A program made the translations under genes and the position numbers. Positions 42,892 to 52,537 of a DNA stretch of 64,000 nt are shown here, in pieces; the stretch's first letter is position 1, and every line of letters begins with the position of its first letter. Below the pieces are notes generated by a model, which was given only the letters and a program-made list of their open reading frames with translations, was not told the DNA's origin and did no database searches. The DNA lies in NCBI GenBank assembly GCA_041665405.1, contig JBAYIZ010000001.1:90618-154617 (forward strand), read 5' to 3'. The stretch is from Candidatus Magasanikiibacteriota bacterium (lineage in GTDB: Bacteria > Patescibacteriota > Patescibacteriia > Magasanikbacterales > GWA2-37-8).

Positions 42892-43294
42892 TGGAGGTGG
42901 CGAGAGTTGAACTCGCGTCCAGATAATTTTGAATATACCTTCTACATGCTTAGTCCACTTAGGATTTAACTATAGAGATAATAGGTGAACGAAACTCTCT
43001 ATGAGCGAGCCAGATTTACTTTCGGAATAAAGCATCTGACAATACCTTAAACCTACATCTCGTAAGTGACACCGTGTTGCGCTACGAAATCTCACGCAGG
43101 CGATGGGAAGCAACTATTAAGCTGCTACCGGAGCAAAATTGCAACAACCTTCGCCGATGAAGGCGTTGGTGAAAGCAATTTTAGCTTTTGAAAATAAGTT
43201 TGCACTTATAATTTGTTTTAGGGATTTATGAGGGCTAAAACATCCTCAGCATGCGAGTGTACGCAGAAACTTCTGTCAAAAGCACGGCACCCCC
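42892..43294 (-). ncRNA. ssrA: tmRNA
   Basis: 5' GGGGGTG / 3' CACCTCCA acceptor with G3:U; T arm GCGAG-TTCAACT-CTCGC; tag ORF ending VAA*; adjacent to smpB. Confidence 0.93.
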
Positions 43295-43296
43295 GT

Positions 43297-43743
43297 TTAG
43301 TTTGTAAATTTTAAAACTTGACGCAACTCTCGTTGTGTATCGCGTTTCTTCAAGGCTTCACGTTTGTCGTATTGTTTTTTGCCTTTAGCTAGTGCGATTT
43401 CCATCTTTACAAAACGTTGTTTAGTATACACTGAAAGAGGGACGATTGTCAAGCCTTTTTCTTCCAATTTCCCTTGCAAATAGCGGATTTCTTTTTTTCG
43501 GAGTAATAATCGGCGGCTGTGGGTAGGGTCGTAGTCTGGAATATCGCCAGCTTGCTTATATTTAGTAATATGGGCATTGGTGAGGTAAGCGTCGCCATTG
43601 TGGAAGGTGATATAGGCACCCTTTAGTGATAAATGGCCGTCTTTGACTGATTTGACTTCTTGACCAGTGAGCACTAAGCCTGCCTGGAATTTTTCCAAGA
43701 TCTCAAAATCGAATAGGGCCTTGCGGTTATCAGCTAAAGTCAT
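43297..43743 (-). CDS. smpB: SsrA-binding protein
   Basis: NRKALFDF, AGLVLTGQEVKS, GLTIVPL, KGKKQYDKR. Confidence 0.97.
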   Translation of the reverse strand: MTLADNRKALFDFEILEKFQAGLVLTGQEVKSVKDGHLSLKGAYITFHNGDAYLTNAHITKYKQAGDIPDYDPTHSRRLLLRKKEIRYLQGKLEEKGLTIVPLSVYTKQRFVKMEIALAKGKKQYDKREALKKRDTQRELRQVLKFTN

Positions 43744-43844
43744 ATGGGTGATGGTATCATAATTTAGCGGAGAATTCAAGTTTTTAGCCTAGCTGAGAAA
43801 ACATTTGTAAAAAGTTTCGTTTTGTGCTATGATTTGTTCATATT

Positions 43845-44639
43845 ATGTCTATAAAATCACTTTCTTTACACCCCAAATTTGCTGGCTTTTTGGATGTGGT
43901 GGTCGGCCTCCTACTTTTGCTTGTTTTGAAGCAGGTGACACTGTGGTGGCTGTTGGCCATTTTTTTGGTTTTACGTATCGTTTTTTGGATGGTTTTGATC
44001 CGTTTAGTGTATTATCCTGAAAATATAAAACGCTTTTGGCATCTTTTGACTTTGACAGTCTTTCATTTGGGGGCTGTTTTATTATTGTTGTTTATCGAAT
44101 GGGCGCCGTCTTGGTATTTGGTTGGACTGATTTATCTGTTATTTCCTCTGATTAGTTTTTGGTTATTACCATCCAAGAGTGAGGGGCCGCTTTCGTTTAT
44201 GATGAAGCCATATCGTCGCTGGCGATTTTGGATGAGTACGTTTGGTGTGTTTGGTTTGTGGTGTGGAATTTTTGCTTCTGTATTTTTACAAGTTTTGAAT
44301 ATTAGCTATTGGATTTTATTAGTTATTGGCTCAGTCGTCACCGCCGCCGTTTCGATGTGGTGGTGGAAAGAATATAATATTGAAAAAAATTCTCGGTATT
44401 GGTGGTGGACTGTATGCGTTGGTATTTTTATGTTAGAAATTGCCTGGGCTTTGTTTCGTTGGCCACTGGGATATTTTGCCAGTGCGATGATTTTGGTTTG
44501 GTTTTGGTATGATATTTGGTTGTTGGCTCGGTTTCATTTGTTGCCGGCGGGCATTCACTGGCCCAAACAAATTTTCTTTTTTATTGTTAATGGTGTTTTG
44601 TTGTTATCTTTTTTAATTTTAATCGTAAAATGGAAATAA
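43845..44639 (+). CDS. Multi-pass membrane protein of unknown function
   Basis: Many hydrophobic Trp-rich segments. Confidence 0.75.
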   Translation: MSIKSLSLHPKFAGFLDVVVGLLLLLVLKQVTLWWLLAIFLVLRIVFWMVLIRLVYYPENIKRFWHLLTLTVFHLGAVLLLLFIEWAPSWYLVGLIYLLFPLISFWLLPSKSEGPLSFMMKPYRRWRFWMSTFGVFGLWCGIFASVFLQVLNISYWILLVIGSVVTAAVSMWWWKEYNIEKNSRYWWWTVCVGIFMLEIAWALFRWPLGYFASAMILVWFWYDIWLLARFHLLPAGIHWPKQIFFFIVNGVLLLSFLILIVKWK

Positions 44640-44642
44640 ACT

Positions 44643-45710
44643 ATGTCAATTGTCCCTCCTCATTTGCCAGCTCCAGTTTGTAATCTAGAAGATCATCGAA
44701 AATGGCAACGCATAAAAGTATTATTTGTGGCTGTTGTTTTTGGTTTGTTTGCAGGAGCGACTGGAGCATCGATGTGGCTTGGTTGGGTGTGGCCAGGATT
44801 TGGTGGTGGTGATAATTGGATTTTGTCTAGCGGTGTTAGCAATACTTCACGTGATTTATTGGATGCTCGAGCGCGAGTTGAGCTAGAGGATAGGGTTGGT
44901 GCAGTATATCGTGATTTATCAGGCGCGACCGGATTGACTTATTTGAGTCCAGACAAAAAAATCGGTGAAGCGATTTTTGTTTCTTCGGACGGTTGGTTGG
45001 CCTTGTATTATCCAACCTATAGTGGAGATTATAAAAATTGGCGCGTGTTGTTGAATAGCGGACGTTCATATACAGTCCAAAAAGTTTTGAAAGATAATAA
45101 CTCGAATTTGGTATATTTAAAAATTGTTTCAGATCAAGTCGGTGCACAATTTAAAGTGGTAAATTTTGGAGCGGAAACAAAACAATTGCAGGATGTGTAT
45201 GTGTTTAGCCATAATACTTGGCACCATACTTGGGTCACCAATAAAATTGTAAAATCATTTTCTCTGCCACATTTGGATTCGGCGCCGAGTACCGAAGTTG
45301 AGTTAAACGAAAGTTTTTCCGCCGGTGATTTGGTAGTAGATATACAGGGGAAAATTTTGGGAGTGGTTAGCAACGGGCAATATTTTTTGCCTAGTCAGTA
45401 TATTTCCAATATATTACCAAGTGTTTTGAGTACACAGAAAATTGTTTATCGCACTCTAGGTACGTATGGATGGTTTTCTTCTGAGCAGCCAATTATTATA
45501 AAAAACGAACTCACTGCCGGTTATGCGGTTTCGCGAGTGTTTTTGAACACCTCGAAATTAAAAGCAGGGGATATTATTTTTGAAGTAAATGGACAAATAG
45601 CTGAGAGCGAAAATTTGTGGTATAATATAATTAGTAATCAAAATCTAAAATTAAAAGTTTTGCGTAAGGGCAAAATTGTTGAATTTACGCAAGACGTTTT
45701 AAAGAATTAA
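44643..45710 (+). CDS. Degenerate HtrA-like (trypsin fold + PDZ) membrane protein
   Basis: GEAIFVSSDGW, NLVYLKI, VVDIQGKILGV, LKAGDIIFEVNG; no GNSGG. Confidence 0.7.
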   Translation: MSIVPPHLPAPVCNLEDHRKWQRIKVLFVAVVFGLFAGATGASMWLGWVWPGFGGGDNWILSSGVSNTSRDLLDARARVELEDRVGAVYRDLSGATGLTYLSPDKKIGEAIFVSSDGWLALYYPTYSGDYKNWRVLLNSGRSYTVQKVLKDNNSNLVYLKIVSDQVGAQFKVVNFGAETKQLQDVYVFSHNTWHHTWVTNKIVKSFSLPHLDSAPSTEVELNESFSAGDLVVDIQGKILGVVSNGQYFLPSQYISNILPSVLSTQKIVYRTLGTYGWFSSEQPIIIKNELTAGYAVSRVFLNTSKLKAGDIIFEVNGQIAESENLWYNIISNQNLKLKVLRKGKIVEFTQDVLKN

Positions 45711-45733
45711 AAAAATAATTTTAATTTTTATTT

Positions 45734-46339
45734 ATGTTTGCAATGCTATTTCGTCACGCCAAACTTATTTTGGTTTGGGGTGTATTGGTCGCCATATTAT
45801 CAGCGGCGGTAAGTTTGTTATTTCCGTGGCAGTATAGTGCACAAAGTCAGGTGCTCATTATATCTCGTGATCGCAGTGGAGTAGATCCATATACTCAGTC
45901 CAAAGCGGCTGAACGTATCGGAGAAAATTTGGCACAAGTAATGCAGACAGATGATTTCAAAAATAAAGTGCTGGCTTCACCAACAGCGTCATTTGATAAA
46001 ACTCGCTGGACAAGTTTGACCGACAGAAAACAAAAAAAACAATGGCAGAAAGATGTGGCCGGACAGATGGTGTATGGTACCAGTCTGATGAACATCACAG
46101 TCTATAGTACCAAAGAAGATGTCTTACCATTGGCGACTACTATTACCGAAACTCTCACCACTGCTGGTTGGGAATATGTCGGTGGTGATGTAGCTATCAA
46201 AACTGTGAACCAACCTATAGTATCTGCTTGGATCACTAGACCAAATATTTTATTCAATGGATTACTCGGCTTTTTGGCTGGAGTGGTTTTGTCTTGTGTT
46301 TGGGTGATAAAGTATAGACGTCATTTGTTTGGATTTTAA
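45734..46339 (+). CDS. Wzz/CapA-like chain-length determinant family protein
   Basis: N- and C-terminal TMs, PWQYSAQSQVLI, RPNILFNGLLG. Confidence 0.7.
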   Translation: MFAMLFRHAKLILVWGVLVAILSAAVSLLFPWQYSAQSQVLIISRDRSGVDPYTQSKAAERIGENLAQVMQTDDFKNKVLASPTASFDKTRWTSLTDRKQKKQWQKDVAGQMVYGTSLMNITVYSTKEDVLPLATTITETLTTAGWEYVGGDVAIKTVNQPIVSAWITRPNILFNGLLGFLAGVVLSCVWVIKYRRHLFGF

Positions 46340-46350
46340 TTTTTAAAATT

Positions 46351-46374
46351 GTCATCCTCGCGAATGCGGGGATC
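46351..46374. repeat. Single REP/RPE-like palindrome
   Basis: GTCATCCTCGCGAATGCGGGGATC, same family as 12574. Confidence 0.7.
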
Positions 46375-46400
46375 TATATAATAATTTATAAATAAAATAT

Positions 46401-46715
46401 ATGCCAGAACAAAATCCATTAGAAGATTTAATTTTACAGGCTTTAAAACCAAAAGGTTTTGATAAACTCAGTCAAACAGATCAAACTGTATATTTGGCTC
46501 AATTTGTCGCTGAGGCAGATAGACGACTAAGTATCGGTTTGGTGCCATTGTTGTCCGAAGATGGTATGAAGGAGCATTTGTCTATGACCCAAAACAATGC
46601 CACCCCACAACAATGGTCTGATTTTTGGAATAAAAATATTGAAGATTTTCCTGCAGTTATAAGTAAAATTTTAGCAGACTATATAAAAGAAATCAGCGCC
46701 GCATTTAACATGTGA
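46401..46715 (+). CDS. Small helical hypothetical protein (DUF5663-like)
   Basis: 104-aa ORF heading a tightly packed three-gene run. Confidence 0.65.
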   Translation: MPEQNPLEDLILQALKPKGFDKLSQTDQTVYLAQFVAEADRRLSIGLVPLLSEDGMKEHLSMTQNNATPQQWSDFWNKNIEDFPAVISKILADYIKEISAAFNM

Positions 46716-46719
46716 TTTT

Positions 46720-46914
46720 ATGTCGGACGAGAATTTATTAAATTATAACACTGGTACCGCTGGTTTAGGTATTATTTTTGCTACTCAGAAATTTTTGCAA
46801 CGTATGGACGCATTGACTAAGGAAGAAAATGTTTTGAGAAATGAACTATTAGAAATGTTGGATAATGCTAAAAAGAAAAAAATCAATAAAGTAATTAAGA
46901 ATTTCAAATCATAA
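46720..46914 (+). CDS. Small hypothetical protein
   Basis: 64-aa ORF with 4-nt gaps on both sides. Confidence 0.6.
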   Translation: MSDENLLNYNTGTAGLGIIFATQKFLQRMDALTKEENVLRNELLEMLDNAKKKKINKVIKNFKS

Positions 46915-46918
46915 TTTT

Positions 46919-49900
46919 ATGAAAAAATCCGAATCTTCCTTAAATGCTCCAGAGCGTGTTAGTAAATTTGACGCAGATAAATTTGCAGTAAATGATGAAA
47001 TAATTTATCGTGATCCGTCCGCTGGTTGGGTACGTGGTAAGTTGGCCAGAAAGCCTGAAGTGACTCCAGATAAGGCTATCAAAATTACCTTAACTGGTAG
47101 AGTGGAACACGTTGTACATATACCGCCAAAATTGGTTGAATTTTCGTCAACTACTGGTCGGGTGAGACGGGTGAAATATGATGGTAAGGAATATGGCGTG
47201 GGCGATGTTCACATCGGACCAAACGGAGAAATTTGGTATGATCTGACAGATCCTGCTACTCCGACTCGTGTAGTATTGAGAAAAATAGATCAAGAGGTGA
47301 TTCGTAATTTGAGTGAAATTTCAAAAATTGAAACCAAGCTAACAACTGCGGGTACTGGTGATATTGCACGCTTGGTTACTGAAGTAAAAAAAGTTCAAGG
47401 CGAGAAGCGCACAGAATTAATGAAACAAATAAATGATTTGGAATTAAAAATCAAGGAAATGCATCACCAAATATCTGATTTAGGTGAATTGTCTGAATTG
47501 GAAGCTGGACAGATGGTGACTGTGTCTGCAGAAATTAAAAAAATAAAATCTGCGATAGATGCGGCGATAAGAAAATTGGATACCGAAATTAGTGAAATCA
47601 TTGCCAAGGAGGAAAAAAGTGGGGAAGTTAAAGAAAGAAAAGAAAATGCCGAGACATTTCAAACTATGATTGATAGAGAGTTTGCTGGTATTGATAGAAC
47701 TGCAAAAATAAAATTTGACAGTGAACATGCTAAATGGGTAAAAAAATCTGAAGCATTTGAACGTTGGGATAGCGAAAGAAAGGTGTTGACGGAAGCGTTG
47801 AAGGCTGCCAAAAATGATAATGCTTTGAAAGCCGTAGCACAAAGAGCTATCGATGATTTTGACCGTGATCCACGAAATATACCGCGTCCTGTAAAACCAC
47901 CACCAGAAAAGACATTTGAAAAACCAAGTGGTAATCCAATAAAACAAGAAGAAATTACTATACAAATATTTAATGATTTGACAGCTGCTAGGTTGGCTTT
48001 TGATACTGCCAATGCAGTTGTTCCACCAGCCACTCCACCAGTTTTTAGATTTGCAGATTTTTTGGATTCAGTTGATGCAAAAAGAAAAGCAAACGCTGCA
48101 AAGGAGGGTCTTACGGATTATCTGCACCCTGGTCGAGTTCTGTCACAGTTGAGTCCTCGTGCTATTGAAACAATAAAAATAATAAAGGAGATGATTGAAG
48201 AATGGAAAAATCTACAAGAAACCGAAGCTTTCAATTTCAAAAAAGAAAAAGCCGAATTGGAAGCAGACGTAGAAAGATTGGTCTTCAAACTACAAACACA
48301 AACAGGTGTTTCAAGATTAGAGACAAGACTTGAGGCTATCCGAACTAATATTACAGCATTAAAATCGTCTACTGCGGGTGTGGACAAAGTTATGATTGAT
48401 TATTGGCGTGAGTTAGGTAACTTAGAAAAAGATATATTGAGTGCTGAACTAAAGACAAAAGCCAGTACAACAGAAAGAGAAGTGAAATTTGTCGATTTAC
48501 CCCGCGGTATAATGAAGGAAATGATGTTGGCCAAGCCAGCTGAGTTCAAAGAGGTTGTAAAACAATCCTATGACGCAGTTATCAGTGAAGGCAAATCTAC
48601 TAGTGATCTTGAACTAGCGATGGCCAAATGGTTGGATGGAATAGATGTGGATGCGACGACACCACCACTACGAGGCAGGATGGCCCAATATGGTATCAAA
48701 GATTGGGAAGGTTTTAGAAAACAATTCAAAAATAAATTATCCAAGGATTTTTCACTGTTGATGATGGCCAATACTGATAGTCAGTTGCGCAATTTGTTGA
48801 CTCAAAAAATTGCTGATATAAAAAATAATCCGGCTCGTTGGAAATTCTATACAAAAGATTTTTGGAGGGAAATAAGACAAGAACACTGGGACACTTCGAC
48901 CTTTGTTAATATGAAAGCCTCGATGGCTGCGCGTATGGGAATAAATATAGCTGTGTTGGGTACTATCGGCGGCGGTCTTAGCCTTGCGTTAAAATTGGTA
49001 CCTATTCCAGGGGTGGTGAAAGCAGGTATAGTTGGTAGTGCTGTTGGTTTTGCCAAGGCAGGAATACAAAGAATAATGGGCAAAGACACAAACTATTATT
49101 CGAAAGAACAAGAAAGAGCAAAAAAAGTTGCTGATGAAAAGAAAAAACAATTTATTACCGATGAACTAATGAGTAAAATGTTTACCACAGATGTTTTAAA
49201 TCCAGGAATAAAACCAGAACAGGTTGATATGATGGCTGACATGTTTACTATATCCATGCGTAAAGTGACTGGTAAAAAAGAAGGTCAAGAATTAGCTGTG
49301 ACTGATGGCACTGAAACTATCACTCTAAAGGGTGATACTGTGTGTATGTTCCATGAGATGTTGAAAAATGCGGCAGAGGCGGAGGGAGTAGATGTTGAAG
49401 ACAAAAAAATTCGATTGGAATTTGCCAAAGCATTATATGCGTTACACAATAATGATGCAATAAAAGTACAAGAACAAGATCCTATAGAAGTACGCGCATG
49501 GCAAAAAATAATAGATATATATTCTGGAAAAAGTTCGGTTGCTTCGCGTGGTGGACAATCCCCAGATATGTTGCGCAGACAAGGACTAGGAGCGCAAGCA
49601 GATGAATTGGAGAAAAAACAAAAAATGGATTTTGGTACTCAAGCTATGATAACTGCCGGCATGGGTGGTTCTGTTGCAGCGGTGATGGTTTATAATAGTG
49701 ATATTGGTCGTGGTGTTTTGGGAGCTACCATTTTTGGTTTGGCTGGAGAGAAAGCCGGTTTGAAATCAGAGCGCAATTCAGCAGATAGAGATAGTATCCA
49801 GCATGTTGAGTCAAATTTGTTTCAAATAAATACACATATAAATGATGCTTTGACAGGAGGTTCACACACGGTCTCTGATGGTCATACAAAAATGACCAAA

Positions 49901-51958
49901 GAGTATTATGATTTATTTTCGGTACTTTTGGCAGGTCGTTCGTTGAATGAATTGACTTTGACCAACATTCCAGCGGACGATTTAAAATATTATCAGAAAC
50001 ACGCGAAAGACGTGGCGGGAATGTTACAAAGAAATACAAAATATCGCAGTATCGTTGAAGGAACAATCCGCGAAATTTCACGTTCTGGTTTGTTGGAAAA
50101 AGCTGGCTTTATGGCTTGCTTGGCAAATATCCAAAATACTACTACTCACATGGGTAAAGCGGCAGAGAATAGTATGGGTACAAAATTTGGTAGCGCCGCT
50201 CGAAGACATATTAGAGCTGTTATATATGCTGGAATTGGTTTAGGAACATTTTTGCTTGTTGGTCAAGGTATTGAGGCAGCAAAACACCATTTATCCACTG
50301 AGACATCAGCATCTGGAACTGGTCGCCCTGAAGGTTCAGCTATCGTCGGAGGTGCTAGAGTTGTGGCTGGAGGAATTCCATCGGATCACGTACCTATGGC
50401 TCATTATGCGGATGTTCATCCATCTGCCCCAAAAGATGTTTTTGAAGCGTCCCGTCCAGATGTAGTACCAACCGCCGAAGTTCCAGAATCATTCAATGTT
50501 CGTCCTGCCGGTTTAGTTGAAGCTCCGACAAAAGTTTCTGGTGGTGTGTCAGATTGGGAACATCAGATGAAAGCGAAACTTGGTATCACAGAACATTATA
50601 ATAAAAACGGATCACTAAAATTTGTTGAGCATTCATTGCGTTTCCATCCTGATAAACCAAATGTGGTGGATGGTATTAATACAAAAGAAATAATTCCAGG
50701 CGCGAAAATTACTTTGACCCATTCTGATGGTACAGATGTAAAAGATGTTCACGGTAAAGTGGTGGAATTTAAATTTTCAAAAGGTGACAGTGTGTCACGT
50801 GCTATGGATCATTTGCGAAGTAGCGCCAAAGGTTTGTTGAAAGCAGGCGAGATACCAACAGTCAGAGTGTCTGGCAATGTCCAAGTTGGTGATGATAATG
50901 GTCACTCCATGATCGAAAAGCATGTGGGAGGAAAAACTCATATTGAACAAGGTGATCGCATTCCTAAAGGTGGTAAATTTACAAAAGAGGGAGCGGGTGA
51001 TTTATTTGAACCGATTACTGGTGAGCCGACTGGTTTTAATAAAACTGGTGCCGGTCATCTTTTTGATGATATTCCTAGTCACTCAGCCGGTTTCAATAAA
51101 AGTGGTGCAGGTGAACTCTTTGATGATATTCCTAGTCCGCGTAGTGGGGTGGCTGAAGTGCAACCTTTTGTTGCCGAAAGCTCAGGTTCTTCAATCAAAT
51201 GGTCCACTGGTGGCGCGATAGAAAATAAGGCTGGTCTTGAGGCGATGCTTCATGGTACACAACCAGGCGGAGCTGTCGAAGCTGGCGCGCCACAAGTTGC
51301 AAAAGTTGGTGGGGTGGTTGAAGCTGCTGGTGCAGGTGGTGTCAAAGGTGGAACTCCAGAAGTAGCGGTACAATCTGTCGGGAATAAAATTGAGACAGTC
51401 GCCTCTATAGAAAGCGCAGTAGAAATTCCTGCTGAAATTCCTGAGGAGTTGAGACCACAATATTTGGAATGGGCGGATGTCAAAGAAAATTTTGTTAGTT
51501 CATTTAGCAAGGATCTAAATATTGATATAAAAGACAATAGTGGAATTTTGTCGAAGTTGATGAATCAATTGGATGCTGGTATTAAGGCAAATCCAAATTG
51601 GTTGAAGGATGCTGATGTCCGACAAATTTTGGATAATCCTAATTTGACTACCGGAGATAAATTGAGTAATTTGATGGTGGTGATGGGTGAAAAAAATCTA
51701 TTAATACCACCACTTTCTCCAGAAGAGCAATTGATTTTTAGTGATGTTTCCAAAATTGAACCCGATGATAATACTTTTGAAAGGTTTAATATGAAAGATG
51801 CTAAGGGAAATGAGTATATAGCAGGGGTGGTAAAAGGGGAAGGTTCCCATGTGGCAGTTTATCAAGATGTTGCCACCGGAAAAACCTTTATTCAGACCGA
51901 TCCAAATATATCGTTTACTCGCAAATGGTTTGGGAACCTATTTAAGGATGTCAAGTAG
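46919..51958 (+). CDS. Large (1679 aa) hypothetical protein with coiled coils, Gly-rich hydrophobic segments and short repeats
   Basis: Uninterrupted ORF with host-like codon use. Confidence 0.85.
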   Translation: MKKSESSLNAPERVSKFDADKFAVNDEIIYRDPSAGWVRGKLARKPEVTPDKAIKITLTGRVEHVVHIPPKLVEFSSTTGRVRRVKYDGKEYGVGDVHIGPNGEIWYDLTDPATPTRVVLRKIDQEVIRNLSEISKIETKLTTAGTGDIARLVTEVKKVQGEKRTELMKQINDLELKIKEMHHQISDLGELSELEAGQMVTVSAEIKKIKSAIDAAIRKLDTEISEIIAKEEKSGEVKERKENAETFQTMIDREFAGIDRTAKIKFDSEHAKWVKKSEAFERWDSERKVLTEALKAAKNDNALKAVAQRAIDDFDRDPRNIPRPVKPPPEKTFEKPSGNPIKQEEITIQIFNDLTAARLAFDTANAVVPPATPPVFRFADFLDSVDAKRKANAAKEGLTDYLHPGRVLSQLSPRAIETIKIIKEMIEEWKNLQETEAFNFKKEKAELEADVERLVFKLQTQTGVSRLETRLEAIRTNITALKSSTAGVDKVMIDYWRELGNLEKDILSAELKTKASTTEREVKFVDLPRGIMKEMMLAKPAEFKEVVKQSYDAVISEGKSTSDLELAMAKWLDGIDVDATTPPLRGRMAQYGIKDWEGFRKQFKNKLSKDFSLLMMANTDSQLRNLLTQKIADIKNNPARWKFYTKDFWREIRQEHWDTSTFVNMKASMAARMGINIAVLGTIGGGLSLALKLVPIPGVVKAGIVGSAVGFAKAGIQRIMGKDTNYYSKEQERAKKVADEKKKQFITDELMSKMFTTDVLNPGIKPEQVDMMADMFTISMRKVTGKKEGQELAVTDGTETITLKGDTVCMFHEMLKNAAEAEGVDVEDKKIRLEFAKALYALHNNDAIKVQEQDPIEVRAWQKIIDIYSGKSSVASRGGQSPDMLRRQGLGAQADELEKKQKMDFGTQAMITAGMGGSVAAVMVYNSDIGRGVLGATIFGLAGEKAGLKSERNSADRDSIQHVESNLFQINTHINDALTGGSHTVSDGHTKMTKEYYDLFSVLLAGRSLNELTLTNIPADDLKYYQKHAKDVAGMLQRNTKYRSIVEGTIREISRSGLLEKAGFMACLANIQNTTTHMGKAAENSMGTKFGSAARRHIRAVIYAGIGLGTFLLVGQGIEAAKHHLSTETSASGTGRPEGSAIVGGARVVAGGIPSDHVPMAHYADVHPSAPKDVFEASRPDVVPTAEVPESFNVRPAGLVEAPTKVSGGVSDWEHQMKAKLGITEHYNKNGSLKFVEHSLRFHPDKPNVVDGINTKEIIPGAKITLTHSDGTDVKDVHGKVVEFKFSKGDSVSRAMDHLRSSAKGLLKAGEIPTVRVSGNVQVGDDNGHSMIEKHVGGKTHIEQGDRIPKGGKFTKEGAGDLFEPITGEPTGFNKTGAGHLFDDIPSHSAGFNKSGAGELFDDIPSPRSGVAEVQPFVAESSGSSIKWSTGGAIENKAGLEAMLHGTQPGGAVEAGAPQVAKVGGVVEAAGAGGVKGGTPEVAVQSVGNKIETVASIESAVEIPAEIPEELRPQYLEWADVKENFVSSFSKDLNIDIKDNSGILSKLMNQLDAGIKANPNWLKDADVRQILDNPNLTTGDKLSNLMVVMGEKNLLIPPLSPEEQLIFSDVSKIEPDDNTFERFNMKDAKGNEYIAGVVKGEGSHVAVYQDVATGKTFIQTDPNISFTRKWFGNLFKDVK

Positions 51959-51979
51959 TGATAGTAAAATAATAAGCCT

Positions 51980-52006
51980 TAAAGCCCTGAAATTCAGGGC
52001 TTTTTT
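51980..52006 (+). terminator. Intrinsic terminator
   Basis: AAAGCCCTGA-AAT-TCAGGGCTTTTTT. Confidence 0.8.
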
Positions 52007-52074
52007 AATTTGTATAGATTGGCTAAAATAAAGCAAAATATGTCCAAAAACTACCTTTTATTCGTAATGGGGTA

Positions 52075-52103
52075 TTGACAAGGTTCCTATATTATGCTAT
52101 ACT
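52075..52103 (+). promoter_or_regulatory. Sigma70 promoter of the three-gene GC-rich unit
   Basis: TTGACA-17-TATACT with extended TG; boxA-like GTTCTTTACAA at 52312-52322. Confidence 0.8.
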
Positions 52104-52537
52104 TATCCGTTATGCTGATGAATAGGTAAAGACTGTCAGCAAGCATCTATTTATAGATCTGAGAGAGGTCTAGAGATAGATAGGTCAAGATACTATATAT
52201 TATCATTATATATTGCCGACTCTCTCACCATGGAGAGTTTTTTTACATCATTGTCAGCCAGAGTTTAGTGAATGAGAATTTCTTTAAACTCGGACTGATA
52301 AAGTCCATTAAGTTCTTTACAATATATACGCAACTACTAAAAAATCATCTGTGTGGGAGTAAGTCTGTGATAGTCATAGCTTTACTCCCACACAGGTGGA
52401 GGTGAGTGACTTCGGTTGCTCTTCTCCCTGGGTTAGGGAGAAACGTCGGAAGATCGTCGAAACGTTCGTCAACGTCCGAAAGTCTCAACAAGTCGGTAAC
52501 CAACCACGACTGTGAGAGACACCTCAAGGAGTCCCAG

